A DNA stretch of 64,000 nucleotides, taken from positions 153,450,001 through 153,514,000 of the forward strand of contig OZ024742.1 in the NCBI GenBank assembly GCA_964016885.1, in the 5' to 3' direction. The notes below the pieces were generated by a model. That model did not search any database. It was not told the DNA's origin and saw nothing but the letters and a program-made list of their open reading frames with translations. Position 1 is the first letter of the stretch. Each line of letters starts with the position of its first letter. The stretch comes from Eledone cirrhosa. Its lineage: Eukaryota. Below, piece after piece: positions 1-13,669 of the stretch. A program made the translations under genes and the position numbers.

Positions 1-1440
<1,440 letters not shown>

Positions 1441-1554
1441 TATATCGACATTCGATCGACTTTCGTCAAATCGGACCGAGGAAACAATGTTTCTATTGGT
1501 CTTTCCAATTGCTAATACTATCTATCCGTCGCAACTCCAGGTTATATATATATA

Positions 1555-2160
1555 TATAAATGAAAAAAATAGCGTGCTGCGTTGTTGCGAATGTGAACAT
1601 ATGAATGAAAATAGACCGAGAAACAGGATTGTCCATCATCAGTAGTCTGCTGATATCATTGGTATTTCTTCGCATTAAAGCCTACTCCTAAAATCAATGC
1701 GAGCGATAACTAAATTAAGTTATCGGGACAGAGCGAATTGGAAGGGAAAATGAAACAAACAACATGGTAGTAATGCAACGTAAAGAGAGACAAGTCAATG
1801 AATATTGTGCGCTTAAGTCCGAACAGATCAAATGATGAGGAGAGGCAGACACGTCCAAGTCACGCGGAAAGTGAGAGAGAAAATAATTTCATATAGGTCA
1901 GACGGGAGGGAGTGAGAGGGGGGGGGGCAGCAGAGAGTGAGTGAGTGAAAGTATGAGGAAGAGGCCAGCCGAGAGTGTGTGACCAGCAGCGGTGATGAAA
2001 GAAAGCAAGAAGTAAAGGAGAGAGAAGGGGGGGGGGGGGGGAGAAATAGGATAACAGTAAGGTGACAGAACAAATACGAACCATAGCGAGGGAAAAAAAT
2101 ATATGTGAATGAAAAAATGGCGTGTTGCGTTGTTGCCTATGTGAACATATGAATGATAAA
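1555..2160 (-). repeat. About 550-bp unit with a direct end repeat, related to the 36250-37612 family
   Basis: atgaaaaaa..gcgtg.tgcgttgttgc..atgtgaacatatgaatga occurs at about 1560 and 2110. Shares ccatcatcagt..cattggtattt and a GA-rich body with 36250-37612. Confidence 0.6.
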
Positions 2161-2431
2161 TATATATATATATCTATATATATCTATATATAAGGGGTTA
2201 TCCGAACAAGGATATGATATGCGAACCACAGAATGGTCTGTCAGTTGTTAAATAGATAAAAGAAAGTGCTCAACGACCAGCATAAAAGTTTAAGCCGGAT
2301 CATTATATATCAATAAAAATCCAAGGCCCAATTAATTTAGTTCTGGTGTATTAAAATCCGTAAGGTTCATTTCGTTGGGGACTATCAGTTATTACAGCCT
2401 GAGCTTCTCAGACAGTAAGAAATAGTGTAAT

Positions 2432-2680
2432 AAAAGGGTTAAAGACATAGACAGTGTATTTTATTAGAAATATTCTAATGAAATGTTTAATGACATAGAC
2501 AGTGTCTTTTATTATAAATACTGTAATGAAAGGGTTAAAAACATAAACAGTGTATTTTATTAGAAATATTTAATGAAAGGTTTAATGACATAGGCAGTGT
2601 CTTTTATTAGTGATATTGTAATGAAAGGGTTAAAGACATAGACAGTGTCTTTTATTAAAGATATTGTAATGAAAAGTTTA
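2432..2680. repeat. Minisatellite, about 48-bp unit, about 5 copies
   Basis: aaagggttaaagacatagacagtgt(a/c)ttttattagaaatattgtaatg repeated. Confidence 0.9.
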
Positions 2681-2817
2681 GATAGAAAGCTGCAGAAATC
2701 AGTTGCTCAACTAAAGATATCTGTCATTTATTAGAGGAGGAAATATATGAAGAAATGTATGAAAGTAATAAATATTTTCTCTCCAGTAGTGGCCTGTGGA
2801 TCTGGTTCATGTCTCTC

Positions 2818-3150
2818 AGATGGCATGATAGATTACATGTAGATGGCTGTAAAGGGGATATGATAGATTACAGGTAAATGGTTGTAAAGATAGTATGAGA
2901 TATTACAGGTAGATGGTTGTAAATGTGATATGAGATATTATAGATATATGGTTGTAAAGGGGGTATGAGATATTACAGGTAAATGGTTGTAAAGATGGTA
3001 TGAGATATTACAGGAAGATGGTTGTTAAGATGGTACGATAGATTACAGGTAGATAGTTGTAAATATGGTATGAGATATTACAGGTAGATGGTTGTAAATA
3101 TGGTGTGAGATATTACAGGTAGATGGTTATAAAGATGGTATGACAGGTAA
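2818..3150. repeat. Minisatellite, about 35-bp unit, about 9 copies
   Basis: gatggtatgagatattacaggtagatggttgtaaa repeated. Confidence 0.9.
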
Positions 3151-4069
3151 AGTTGCTTTTTTAGTAGGGTGCTGTTTCAAGTATATGTTTAACGTTACTC
3201 TGAAAAAAAGCACTCAGTCAATGCAGTAAATGGGGTTGGCGCTAAGAAGGGCATCTAGCCGTAGAAACCAAGCCAGGAATCGTTCTGTATTAGCAAGCCT
3301 GTATGGTCATCTGGCCTGACGTCTCACAAAGAGACAACTCATCTAAAGTTTGGGAATAATTTGGAAAATATTTACTTTTCTTGATACAGGGGGCCGGCCG
3401 GGCGAGTGTTGTTATTTCCTCAACGTTCAGACCCGGTATGACCCTAGGACCTCGGGTGAAAGAGTTGGTTAGTTCCGATCCCACGTTAGTATCGCTAGAT
3501 GCTTATTATAGAAAGTGATGAAATCAATTAGTCACACACCACCCCCTCCTCCTTTCGCACACTGGCCGTTATAGAAGTAGTGAAAGCTATCCTTCCATCC
3601 CAAGACGGACTATAGTAGGGGTGACTTCTAGGTTTAGCATTGGCGAACAGTTATAGTCTCTCAGCTCCACATGTCCACAGGCCTGCGCGCCATTGAATAT
3701 ATAACCATCAAGAGACTATATGAAAAACATATATATATTGATTATTTATGATATATTTTACAACCAGTAATTACTAAATTTAAAAAACATAATTTACTTA
3801 ATTATAAAAGATAAAGTGAAAGGTTGCATGAAAGAGATATGTACACGGGATCGATATTATAATGAAAGACTTCGAGCCCTCTTCGGATTTTAGTCTTCAC
3901 ATTTATTATTGTTACTATATATATATATACAAATATATATATATATATATAGAGAGAGAGGGTTAGAACACTGGAAGGTAATATCCGTAGTGGTAGAGCA
4001 CTCAGTCCATGGGACGAGTTAGGTAGAAGTGGTAATACAACAGTTAGCTCCGTATAACCATGAACATTA

Positions 4070-4107
4070 CGAGCTGAGGATCCGCGAAGGTGAAACAATT
4101 GTTCTCG
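4070..4107 (+). ncRNA. Type I hammerhead ribozyme, intact core
   Basis: cgag-CTGAGGA-t-cc(gcgaa)gg-t-GAAA-CAATTG-TT^-ctcg. Stem I cgag/ctcg; palindromic stem III ACAATTGT; GUU site. Enclosed by a 19-bp stem (about 4029-4047 / 4119-4137). Confidence 0.85.
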
Positions 4108-4141
4108 GTATGGTGAACTAACTGTTGTGTTACCACTCCTC

Positions 4142-4215
<74 letters not shown>

Positions 4216-4328
4216 ACTTAATTATATATATATAACTACATTATCGGAGAAAGCTAATAGCGATACTCCGGCCAAATTCCAACTCACACAACAAACATTA
4301 GGAAATAAGTGAGATATTCCTAATTATA

Positions 4329-4417
<89 letters not shown>

Positions 4418-4857
4418 GGTGGCTGCCAACTCGTTTTCGAGTACGGCCACTACTTTATATCCATGTAGGAGAACCCCAACCGATGAGCTGAACGAGTGTG
4501 ACTTTTTAGTCCAGCCAGCGACTTGAAAACTCTGGTACAAAGACTACACTTGTGACCATTATTGACACATAGTGCTGGGCCCATGGTACCATGTGATGAC
4601 AAGTGCAGAGAGATCTCCAGATATAAAGCAATGCCTGTGCTGTGAAGCTTTTATAGTGAGCAAAGGCACTGCACAAAGCCAGTCCCACTCTCTTAACCAA
4701 GATGATATTTACCAAAAAGAAGAACAAGTCAACATCATTGGATACCATCAGGGTTGCAGGTGTTATATCAGAGTTTTCCTTCTCCTAGAATTCTGCCTTG
4801 ACAAAGGCTAAGGGGTCATCTCTCCCGGGTATATACATACATACATACATACATACT

Positions 4858-4987
<130 letters not shown>

Positions 4988-5004
4988 TCTATTCATTATA
5001 TTTT

Positions 5005-5120
5005 GTTTGAGTTCAAATCCCGCCATGGTTAACTTTGCCTTTCATCCTTACGGGGTCGATAAAATAAAGTACCAGTAAGGCACTGGGTAATTGCTGGCCT
5101 TGTGCCTAACGTAGAAACAA
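5005..5120 (+). mobile_element. tRNA-type SINE fragment (cephalopod-like)
   Basis: B-box-like gagttcaaatccc followed by aactttgcctttcatccttacggggtcgataaaataaagtaccag; same family as 19450-19880. Confidence 0.75.
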
Positions 5121-6170
5121 TTATATTTTGTTTGTATATCTAAAATCAATTATGTTTGAGGTAAGTGCAGAAAAAAAATATTATGGAGGACGGTTTTTTT
5201 CTCGACGTGTACCTTAAAGAAAAGTTATGTGCACACCCATTCATTCAAGAATCCTGGGCTACGTTAATCAACTGGTCTACCCAAAACGATATGGGATTTA
5301 AAACAGGATAATATGGATTATGCACTTTCTTGGTCAATGTCAAGTTTCGCTCACCCATATTAAATGACCCTCCTGTAATATTTGTGTTATGGATGTCTTG
5401 GATATTATGGCTGGAACATATCTGTTGAACTTTCTGCACGATGGAATGTTTAACTGCCAACATAATGCATTAACGACTTTCGCTAAATATCACCCTGACT
5501 AACTGTGCCTCTGTATTAACTCTACTTGAAATACACTTTACACCACCCTTCTTCTTGCCGCCCGCTTGTCCTTTTTGTTGTTGCTTTCTGAGATAAACCT
5601 AATAATGTGTCGACCAACTTAATTCATAACATTTCAACGACATCGTATAATACCTGGTCACTTCGGCATTGCTTATTTTTCTATATTCCTATTCTATTTT
5701 TTCTATTTCCTCTTCTCTCTTTTATATCTTGTTAATATAACCTGTAGACGGAAACTAAATTGTACAGTGTCACACGTGGGAATCAAGCACATTCCTGTAA
5801 CCTATCGTCCCGCCCACCATTACATTAACGCGCCAGCTTACATTAGTTTCCGGTATACTAAGGCTTCTCAACCCTGCACTAGGTACACAAACAATCTATT
5901 AATTGAACCTTTGTGCGAGAAGAAGTTTTAATTTGGAAGACAGAAGAATCGAGTTATTTTGACTATAAAAATAGGCTTGATAACTTGGGGAGCCCTGGAG
6001 ACGGACAAGCACCGCCCACGGGACTGGAACCCACACCTGCAATATAACATTTAATACATTTTCTGAACGAAGGGAAAAAGTGAATGTAATTTGTTAATTT
6101 ATCTCTGAATTTACAAGAATAATATATATATAAATAAATTCTATTATTGTGCGGCTAATAATGAAAAAAA

Positions 6171-6294
<124 letters not shown>

Positions 6295-6714
6295 CATTCA
6301 GAAATAAATTACCAAATTACATTCACTCTTTTAGAAGTTCGACAAATTTGATTTTGTTCACGAAATTTATTAAATACATAATCCCGGAAATGAGAAATGT
6401 CTGGTGAAGGATTAGAAACTCATTTATGAATATGATTGATTGTTCCCTTCGTGATATCACGTAATAACTTTATAATTTTCTAAAAACATTTAAAACAAAT
6501 TTCTCCTCGCTGCTACTCTGATCTACTATTAAGAATGTACATGCTTACACGAGGCAGAAGAAAATGTATTATTGCCGTGATTATTTTTTGTTTATTGAAA
6601 TAAAATGAAATATTTAATATTAATACTTACGCACTCACAAACACAATCACACACACACGCATACACCACACGGCACGTCATCACACACAACAAACACACT
6701 CTCACACATGTATT

Positions 6715-6900
6715 CTTTCTAAACATTGGCACAAGGCCATCAATTTCGGGGAGGAGGAAAGTCGATTATATTGATGCTTTATGCTATCGACAGCAGAAAG
6801 CTAAAAGCAATTTTGTCCTTTGCAGATTCAACCTCTGAACATAGAAAATCGTAGCTAAACACCTTAAAATCATTTATCCAACGATCAATTCTTTATGTCA
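6715..6900 (-). mobile_element. Diverged SINE copy
   Basis: Reverse complement resembles the 3' part of the 19450-19880 SINE (ggcacaaggcca..aattt..ggagg..aagtcgatta). Confidence 0.55.
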
Positions 6901-6954
6901 ATCTACCATATACCGCACCTACATATGCACACGCATCATGTTTCTCTCTCTCTC

Positions 6955-7225
6955 CTCTGGTGGATGGGTGCTACATGAGAATGTTGAGGATGGCTCTAAA
7001 TATTAATCAGTATAAACTGACGATGAAGAACTCAGAGGTGTACGGGAGCCTCCCAAATGTCAGCTCAAACGTGACACAGAGGAGACTGAGGTTAACATAT
7101 GTTGATGCCCTAAGGACAGACACTGCTCTCTTGGAGACGCAGGGGGGGGGGGGGCAGCCATAATGAGGGACAGAGACCGCTGGAGAGAACTCGTCCACGG
7201 ATCTCGGGAATTGTACCCGCTCTAG
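6955..7225 (+). pseudogene. RTE-clade LINE 3' fragment
   Basis: LDGCYMRMLRMALNI...EVYGSLPNVSSNVTQRRLRL resembles the RTE C-terminal region. Confidence 0.65.
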
Positions 7226-7235
7226 ATAGATAGAA

Positions 7236-7317
<82 letters not shown>

Positions 7318-8047
7318 TTATTAAAATAACAGATGAAAGTTTAATCTGTTATTTTAATAAAATATATATATATACGGGATAACAAGTTTTCGTTATAGGC
7401 AATCCACTTAGAAGTAGTCCAGTTAGAGTACTCTATATTGTGGATCGTATTAACGTATGGCTTAGTTTGGCTCAACAAGACGCTTCCATAGTGATCCAGC
7501 GTTTCACGGTGATTTCTATGTAGGTTATACCTGGAGTAATAATAATTAGGGTAGTAGAGTGGGTAATAGGAATTGAGCGACACTTAATTGCACTTAAAGG
7601 GGCAGATTCCAAAAATCTGTCTCTGGGTACATTTTATTAGTTATCTCTCCATCCCTCAGAAACTACGTCTAACGTAGTTTTTACATGTCAACTTCGTACA
7701 TCTGTATCATATTACTTTGGTTACCATGCTAGTGTTATCATTTTATCATCATATTCTATTTCTCACTTATATTGATGTTATTAATTTAACTATTCAGTAT
7801 CTAGTTATTTTGTTATTGATATTATTGTTCTGGTCTAATACCACTCCTCCATAAAAGCTATGCCTTGTATATTACCTTCACTTTCACCTGCTCTGATGAA
7901 TTAAGTGGTTATAAGCTAAGTATTGGAGTTCGATTGACGCAACATCTAGAGATTAGCGAACTCTTGACCTACCAGATCAAAGAAACAATTGTCAGCACCG
8001 TGAATAAAGCCCTTATTGTACAGACAGCCATGTTACTCTTATCTCTC

Positions 8048-8109
<62 letters not shown>

Positions 8110-8269
8110 ATAAGAGACGGAGGATCTGTGGTGCCAATAATTGAAATTTATTAGACATATTACAATCGTTTCTCTGGCGACGAGCTCGAGGCACGATCGA
8201 TGCGATAATCGAAACTGACTCTGAAATCGCAAGATCCTCCGATACGTCTAGATTTTTCCAAGCAGAGTT

Positions 8270-8308
<39 letters not shown>

Positions 8309-8339
8309 TGTATGCATCTTTATATATATATAAATATTC

Positions 8340-8387
8340 AGGAACCCCGGCGGCTGAGAGGGTCGTGGGGACAGAGTACTTTCCCAC

Positions 8388-8454
<67 letters not shown>

Positions 8455-9320
8455 TGTATGCATCTTTATATATATATAAATATTCAGGACCCCGGCGGCT
8501 GAGAGGGTCGTGGGGACAGAGTACTCAAACACACCTTCAAGCAGGTTCTGACAGAAGCAACCGTCTACAACTGATCTGACTGGATCTCCAAGCGCGACAA
8601 GCCAAGCTTACGGATGTTATTGAACCATCACGCTCGGCGTCCTCCGCTGGGTCTCCTGCCGGTTTGTTTTCACCATAAAATCTGTCCACCGATTCTTTTC
8701 TGAGACGTTCTAATCCCATGCCATCATAACTGAAGTAGCGGCCGTACGTGGAGTCACTCTTTGATCTGCGAGCGACTCACTTTATCGAGTAAGGTTACTC
8801 CAAAGACGCTTTGGCGGATTCCCATTTCGGTCGCTTTCATTTGCAACCGTATTCTTTCGGTCGTTACCAAAGATTCATACCATAGGTAAGGATTTACACG
8901 AATACCGAATTTAAGATAGTGAGTTTGGCTTTTACGCCTACCCGCGTTTTTCTGATTAGAGAATCCTGAAGCTGGCGCTTAAAGACAACAGCTCCTGCAA
9001 TTATTGCACTGAATTCAACCTCCTGCCTTGGATCAGTCGTGAACACCACCCCGAAATTCTTCAATTCTCTATCTGCTTCATTGGAACTCCAACCACATGT
9101 AGGGCGCACAGCGCAGGCTTCCATCACAGGTCTCAACATTTGCATCCGACAGGCAGCTGAGGAGATATGCAACGTCCGGTTTGACGACACCGGTTGGCAT
9201 CAGGCCACAGAACCTGTCAAATAGTTGTTGCAATGGCAAGAGCTCAGCCATCGGGGTCCCAACTATTTCCTATAACCATACTCTACTCCCCCCAGTATCG
9301 ATTAATCTGGTGAGTAAAGC
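8340..9320 (-). pseudogene. RTE-clade LINE fragment (RT C-terminal part); 3' end duplicated at about 8300-8380 and 8450-8525
   Basis: Minus-strand KNFGVVFTTD..AKLTILNSVFV..YGYESLVTTERIRLQMKATEM..GVTLLDKVSRSQI, with stops. Confidence 0.7.
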
Positions 9321-9573
9321 TCTAACGAGTTTCTTACTGCATGCATCTTGATTATATATATATATATAAATTCACCGAGAATCGCAATTCGGCGGGTAGA
9401 AATAGCGAAACGAAACGCAATATCAGAGTTATGCTGGCAAGCGCTCCATTGTTAAAAAAGCAGAGCTAAACATATATGTTAAAACGCCATACAAACTGAA
9501 AAGTGGTCAAGAAGGAATTAACCCCCTAAGCTAAAAAAACAAGTCAAGCTAACCAGGTGAAACTAAATAAATG

Positions 9574-9607
<34 letters not shown>

Positions 9608-9846
9608 GTAAGTATGCATGTATACGTACATACATATATGTATACAGACGTACAGTAGCATGCACATATATATATATATATACATATATACATACATATG
9701 CATACAGGTACACATACATATATGCACGTATCAGTTTAGCGGCGCTAACGTCGCTTTGTTCGTTTGTAAACAAACTGAACAGCCTGAATTTATGCCATAC
9801 GGTGTTAAGGCAACCACGTCACCTTTTTGTTCAACACTGACACAGG

Positions 9847-9891
9847 AACGATGTACTAGTTTCAAGCTTGTTAGCTATCATCAGCACCGTT
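9847..9891 (-). ncRNA. Minimal type I hammerhead ribozyme
   Basis: aacggtg-CTGATGA-t-agct(aaca)agct-t-GAAA-CTAGTA^-catcgtt. Confidence 0.92.
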
Positions 9892-10312
9892 TACCCATCT
9901 GCCAGATAGTTGAACGTTCGAAAGTATATACTTTCCTTATGAAAATTAACGGCTGAGCAGCCTAATTTGCATATTGAGTGAGTTAAATCGGTCAGGCATA
10001 CCGAAAACGATAAATTGAAACAAAATGAAAACGAAATTTCATTTCTCACTCTTAGTATGGCACTTACTTAAATGTAAGTATGCATGTATACGTACATACA
10101 TATATGTATACAGACGTACAGTAGCATGCACATATATATATATATATACATATATACATACATATGCATACAGGTACACATACATATATGCACGTATCAG
10201 TTTAGCGGCGCTAACGTCGCTTTGTTCGTTTGTAAACAAACTGAACAGCCTGAATTTATGCCATACGGTGTTAAGGCAACCACGTCACCTTTTTGTTCAA
10301 CACTGACACAGG

Positions 10313-10357
10313 AACGATGTACTAGTTTCAAGCTTGTTAGCTATCATCAGCACCGTT
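10313..10357 (-). ncRNA. Minimal type I hammerhead ribozyme
   Basis: Identical copy 466 bp from the previous one. Confidence 0.92.
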
Positions 10358-10804
10358 TACCCATCTGCCAGATAGTTGAACGTTCGAAAGTATATACTTT
10401 CCTTATGAAAATTAACGGCTGAGCAGCCTAATTTGCATATTGAGTGAGTTAAATCGGTCAGGCATACCGAAAACGATAAATTGAAACAAAATGAAAACGA
10501 AATTTCATTTCTCACTCTTAGTATGGCACTTACTTAAATGTAAGTATGCATGTATACGTACATACATATATGTATACAGACGTACAGTAGCATGCACATA
10601 TATATATATATAGTGCCATATATATATATATAGTGCCATACTAAGAGTGAGAAATGAAATTTCGTTTTCATTTTGTTTCAATTTATCGTTTTCGGTATGC
10701 CTGACCGATTTAACTCACTCAATATGCAAATTAGGCTGCTCAGCCGTTAATTTTCATAAGGAAAGTATATACTTTCGAACGTTCAACTATCTGGCAGATG
10801 GGTA

Positions 10805-10849
10805 AACGGTGCTGATGATAGCTAACAAGCTTGAAACTAGTACATCGTT
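10805..10849 (+). ncRNA. Minimal type I hammerhead ribozyme
   Basis: aacggtgctgatgatagctaacaagcttgaaactagtacatcgtt. 7-bp stem I, palindromic ACTAGT stem III, GUA site. Confidence 0.92.
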
Positions 10850-11146
10850 CCTGTGTCAGTGTTGAACAAAAAGGTGACGTGGTTGCCTTAACACCGTATG
10901 GCATAAATTCAGGCTGTTCAGTTTGTTTACAAACGAACAAAGCGACGTTAGCGCCGCTAAACTGATACGTGCATATATGTATGTGTACCTGTATGCATAT
11001 GTATGTATATATGTATATATATATATATATGTGCATGCTACTGTACGTCTGTATACATATATGTATGTACGTATACATGCATACTTACATTTAAGTAAGT
11101 GCCATACTAAGAGTGAGAAATGAAATTTCGTTTTCATTTTGTTTCA

Positions 11147-11187
<41 letters not shown>

Positions 11188-11659
11188 TATACACATATAT
11201 AACCGACCTGGACCCATTGCAATTGATGGTAAAATACAAATGCAAGGTTTCTATGACACCTAAATCTATAATACTGTCTGATTAAAACTATAAGCTTTTG
11301 GTATAAGGATCGAACAAGGAATATCATGCTATCAACAGGTATTTTGCTCTGCGCCAACTTTGTGAATGGCGCAGGGCTTTGTAAAAGCTCATGCGTAACT
11401 CAGAAGGGGAAAAACCCCAGATTTTTGCAAATGAATTCAGTACATATATATATATATATAGTTTAGGTGCTTCAGTGAATTACATTTTTGTACGCTCATC
11501 ATTTTAAGGGTAGACAAACGTCAATTATATACACCCCGTTCTATGACTGGTGTCTTTGTTTTATACAAGAAAGGCTAACAAACAAATATTACTAAGAGAT
11601 TCTCCGGTGCTCTAACAACACAACCAATCTACCGTTCTATTTATATGTATAAACATATT

Positions 11660-12190
11660 TTTCTACATTTATCGGCTATAGAAATACAGCGTGTTGACAT
11701 CTACCTGTCCGTGTAATGCAGTATATATTGTTATCACTTTCCTTGTTTTTCTAGCTAACGTTACATAGTCTTCTTTCGTCAATTTTATCCGAATATGGCT
11801 CTTGAATTCTTGGCATTAATAGTATTTATGCCATTGCACTTCGTTACACTTTGGATGTACTCTCTCCCAATTTCGCTTTTATTAATCCATCGTTTATACT
11901 TTATACCATCAGCTTCTGAAAGACTCAGATAATTATATCCATTACGTGTTACATTCTCTCAGATCTTAATTTTGTTTCGTACAGTCACCCTGTCATTTAT
12001 GTTCTACTTGATTCAATTGATCACACATTTGCACATTTAGAAATAGTAAATTTGACTTTTATGTCATTGCTGAATACTCTCACTAAGCGAAATATGTTCT
12101 CAAGCTCTCTTTCATTCTTGCTATAAAATTTGATGTGATTCATGAACAGTAAATGGTTGACAATATTCCGGTTTCTACTTTATTTTTTCC
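11660..12190 (-). pseudogene. R4/Dong-clade LINE RT fragment
   Basis: IVNHLLFMNHIKFYSKNERELENIFRLVRVFSNDIKVKFTISKCA matches the R4/Dong NHLLYMDDIKLY..FS.DI.M.FG..KC pattern. Confidence 0.75.
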
Positions 12191-13655
12191 GGCCTCTGTT
12201 TTCTTTAGTTCTAGTGAAAGTGAATTTAGGCGAAAGAAACACAATACGTGTGATAAGCTTCGAAGATTACCGAAGGAGTATCTCCCCGTAGTTAGTTCTT
12301 TTCTAATGTCCGTCACTAAAACAGCAAAAGGCAGCCACACAGATATAACTTCGTGATAGTGAAGAGGTCTAACGAAGAAACGATGGTCCTCATAGCCGAA
12401 AATGATGACATGGTGACTGAAGGAAAAACCTTTAGTACTAGCATATTTAAAGTGCCACAAATATTAATGGAGGTAGGGATATCTCTTGAGGGATACAAAA
12501 ACGATAGATGTGGGATCCATTCGTGTAAAAGCCACTACTACACTGTGAAAGGGGTTCCGAAAGGAGTTCTAAACGTGTATGCAGGTCATAAAACGGAAGC
12601 CTGCCTCGTGTTTCGAGGGAAGATGCAAAGTATTGCGAAAAACCGATAACAGCAACGGAGATGCGAAAATCACTAATTGCTTGCAAGAAGCTGTTTTCGC
12701 CCGATTTGGAGGGTGTACCGTACAAATCCTACGTAGACATGCCTAACTTGTTCTCTCAGATGTCCTTGAAGTTGTCTACTGACTATGGCAGCAGAACAGG
12801 AGAATTCACGGATATGTAATTTGGGATATAATAATGAAACCATAGCAATGTGATTCTAAAAGGATTTGTGACGAGAAAAATCGACGCTGTCTTTGGGGAG
12901 ACTCTTGGCGTTGCCGAAAATCAACAAGCCACTCTTTTCCAGAAGAATTTCGGTCGAAAGCCCTTAGATAACTTCCATAACCTCCTGAGCAGGCATGGAA
13001 GTACCTTCATCCAGGCCGTTCCTTGATACACACTGGGCGACAAATCCATTCGGCACACACTCATCGCTTGTCCAAGTATTGTTGATTGTGGGTTTATGTT
13101 GAACTCCTACTGTCGCTTGTGGGATAGATCCGACTTTGAGTCCATTGGGAAGATCGTCCCGCCCTCTTCCTTTAGAGAGTGAAAACAGGCAGTTATTATA
13201 TACCCGGCGGCAACGAGTAAAGAGGTCATGTCATGGACGTTTGAAAGTGTTGAAGACATGAAATGATGACCTTTAAAAGGAAAATAAGTTACAAGTGGCG
13301 AAGTACTGCCCTCTTAGCAGTTTTTTGAAATATGGAATAGGTTGGGGAGCTTAGTCCGAGTGAATCTGTCTACCTTGAATATACATTTCTCGATCGGAGG
13401 ACAGCTGGGAGGGAGCTCTTACCCTAGCAGTCAGGTTCTCCCTGCTTTTTGTGGGTTTTCTCCACGAGGAATCACTTTTGGGGAATTTGTTAATATTGAC
13501 TTTTGAAATGTATATATTTTAATCTGTTATAAAATACTCACACTGTATCGTCCTGATCCATCTTGTGCCTTATTAATAACATACCAGTAATACACTGAGA
13601 TAATTGCTGCCCGTGTGCCAAAAGCAGAAAAAATAATAATTATTATCATTATTGG
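12190..13655 (+). mobile_element. Internally deleted Tx1/L1-like LINE, related to the next element
   Basis: IVKRSNEETMVLIA resembles VRRSNKELIVLIA (about 15700). An RT piece (SPDLEGVPYKSYVDMPNLF) resembles SPGLYGLPYELYVNMPDLF. Ends in an (AAT/ATT) tail. Confidence 0.7.
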
Positions 13656-13669
13656 GCGTTGAAGCGAAT

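Larger units (their letters stand above)
9604..11151. mobile_element. Retrozyme-like fold-back array: about 2.2 tandem 466-bp units (minus) plus about 1.1 inverted unit (plus)
   Basis: Identical ORF-track translations at 9618 and 10084 (offset 466) and inverted at 10740-11078. One HHR per unit; both ends run into (TA)n. Confidence 0.9.

Noticed and set aside
5245-5463. Possible Tc1/DDE fragment (PYYPVLNPI..W)
   Set aside because: A single weak motif; no TIRs or further motifs recognised.
7885-7930. CTGATGA here, and HHR-like remnants near 33845 and 40550
   Set aside because: No convincing GAAA, stem set or cleavage triplet; at most fully decayed motifs.
9571-11137. Repeated 112-aa and 93-aa ORFs as a small gene family
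   Set aside because: They start inside microsatellite, run antisense to the ribozyme and have no recognisable domain.
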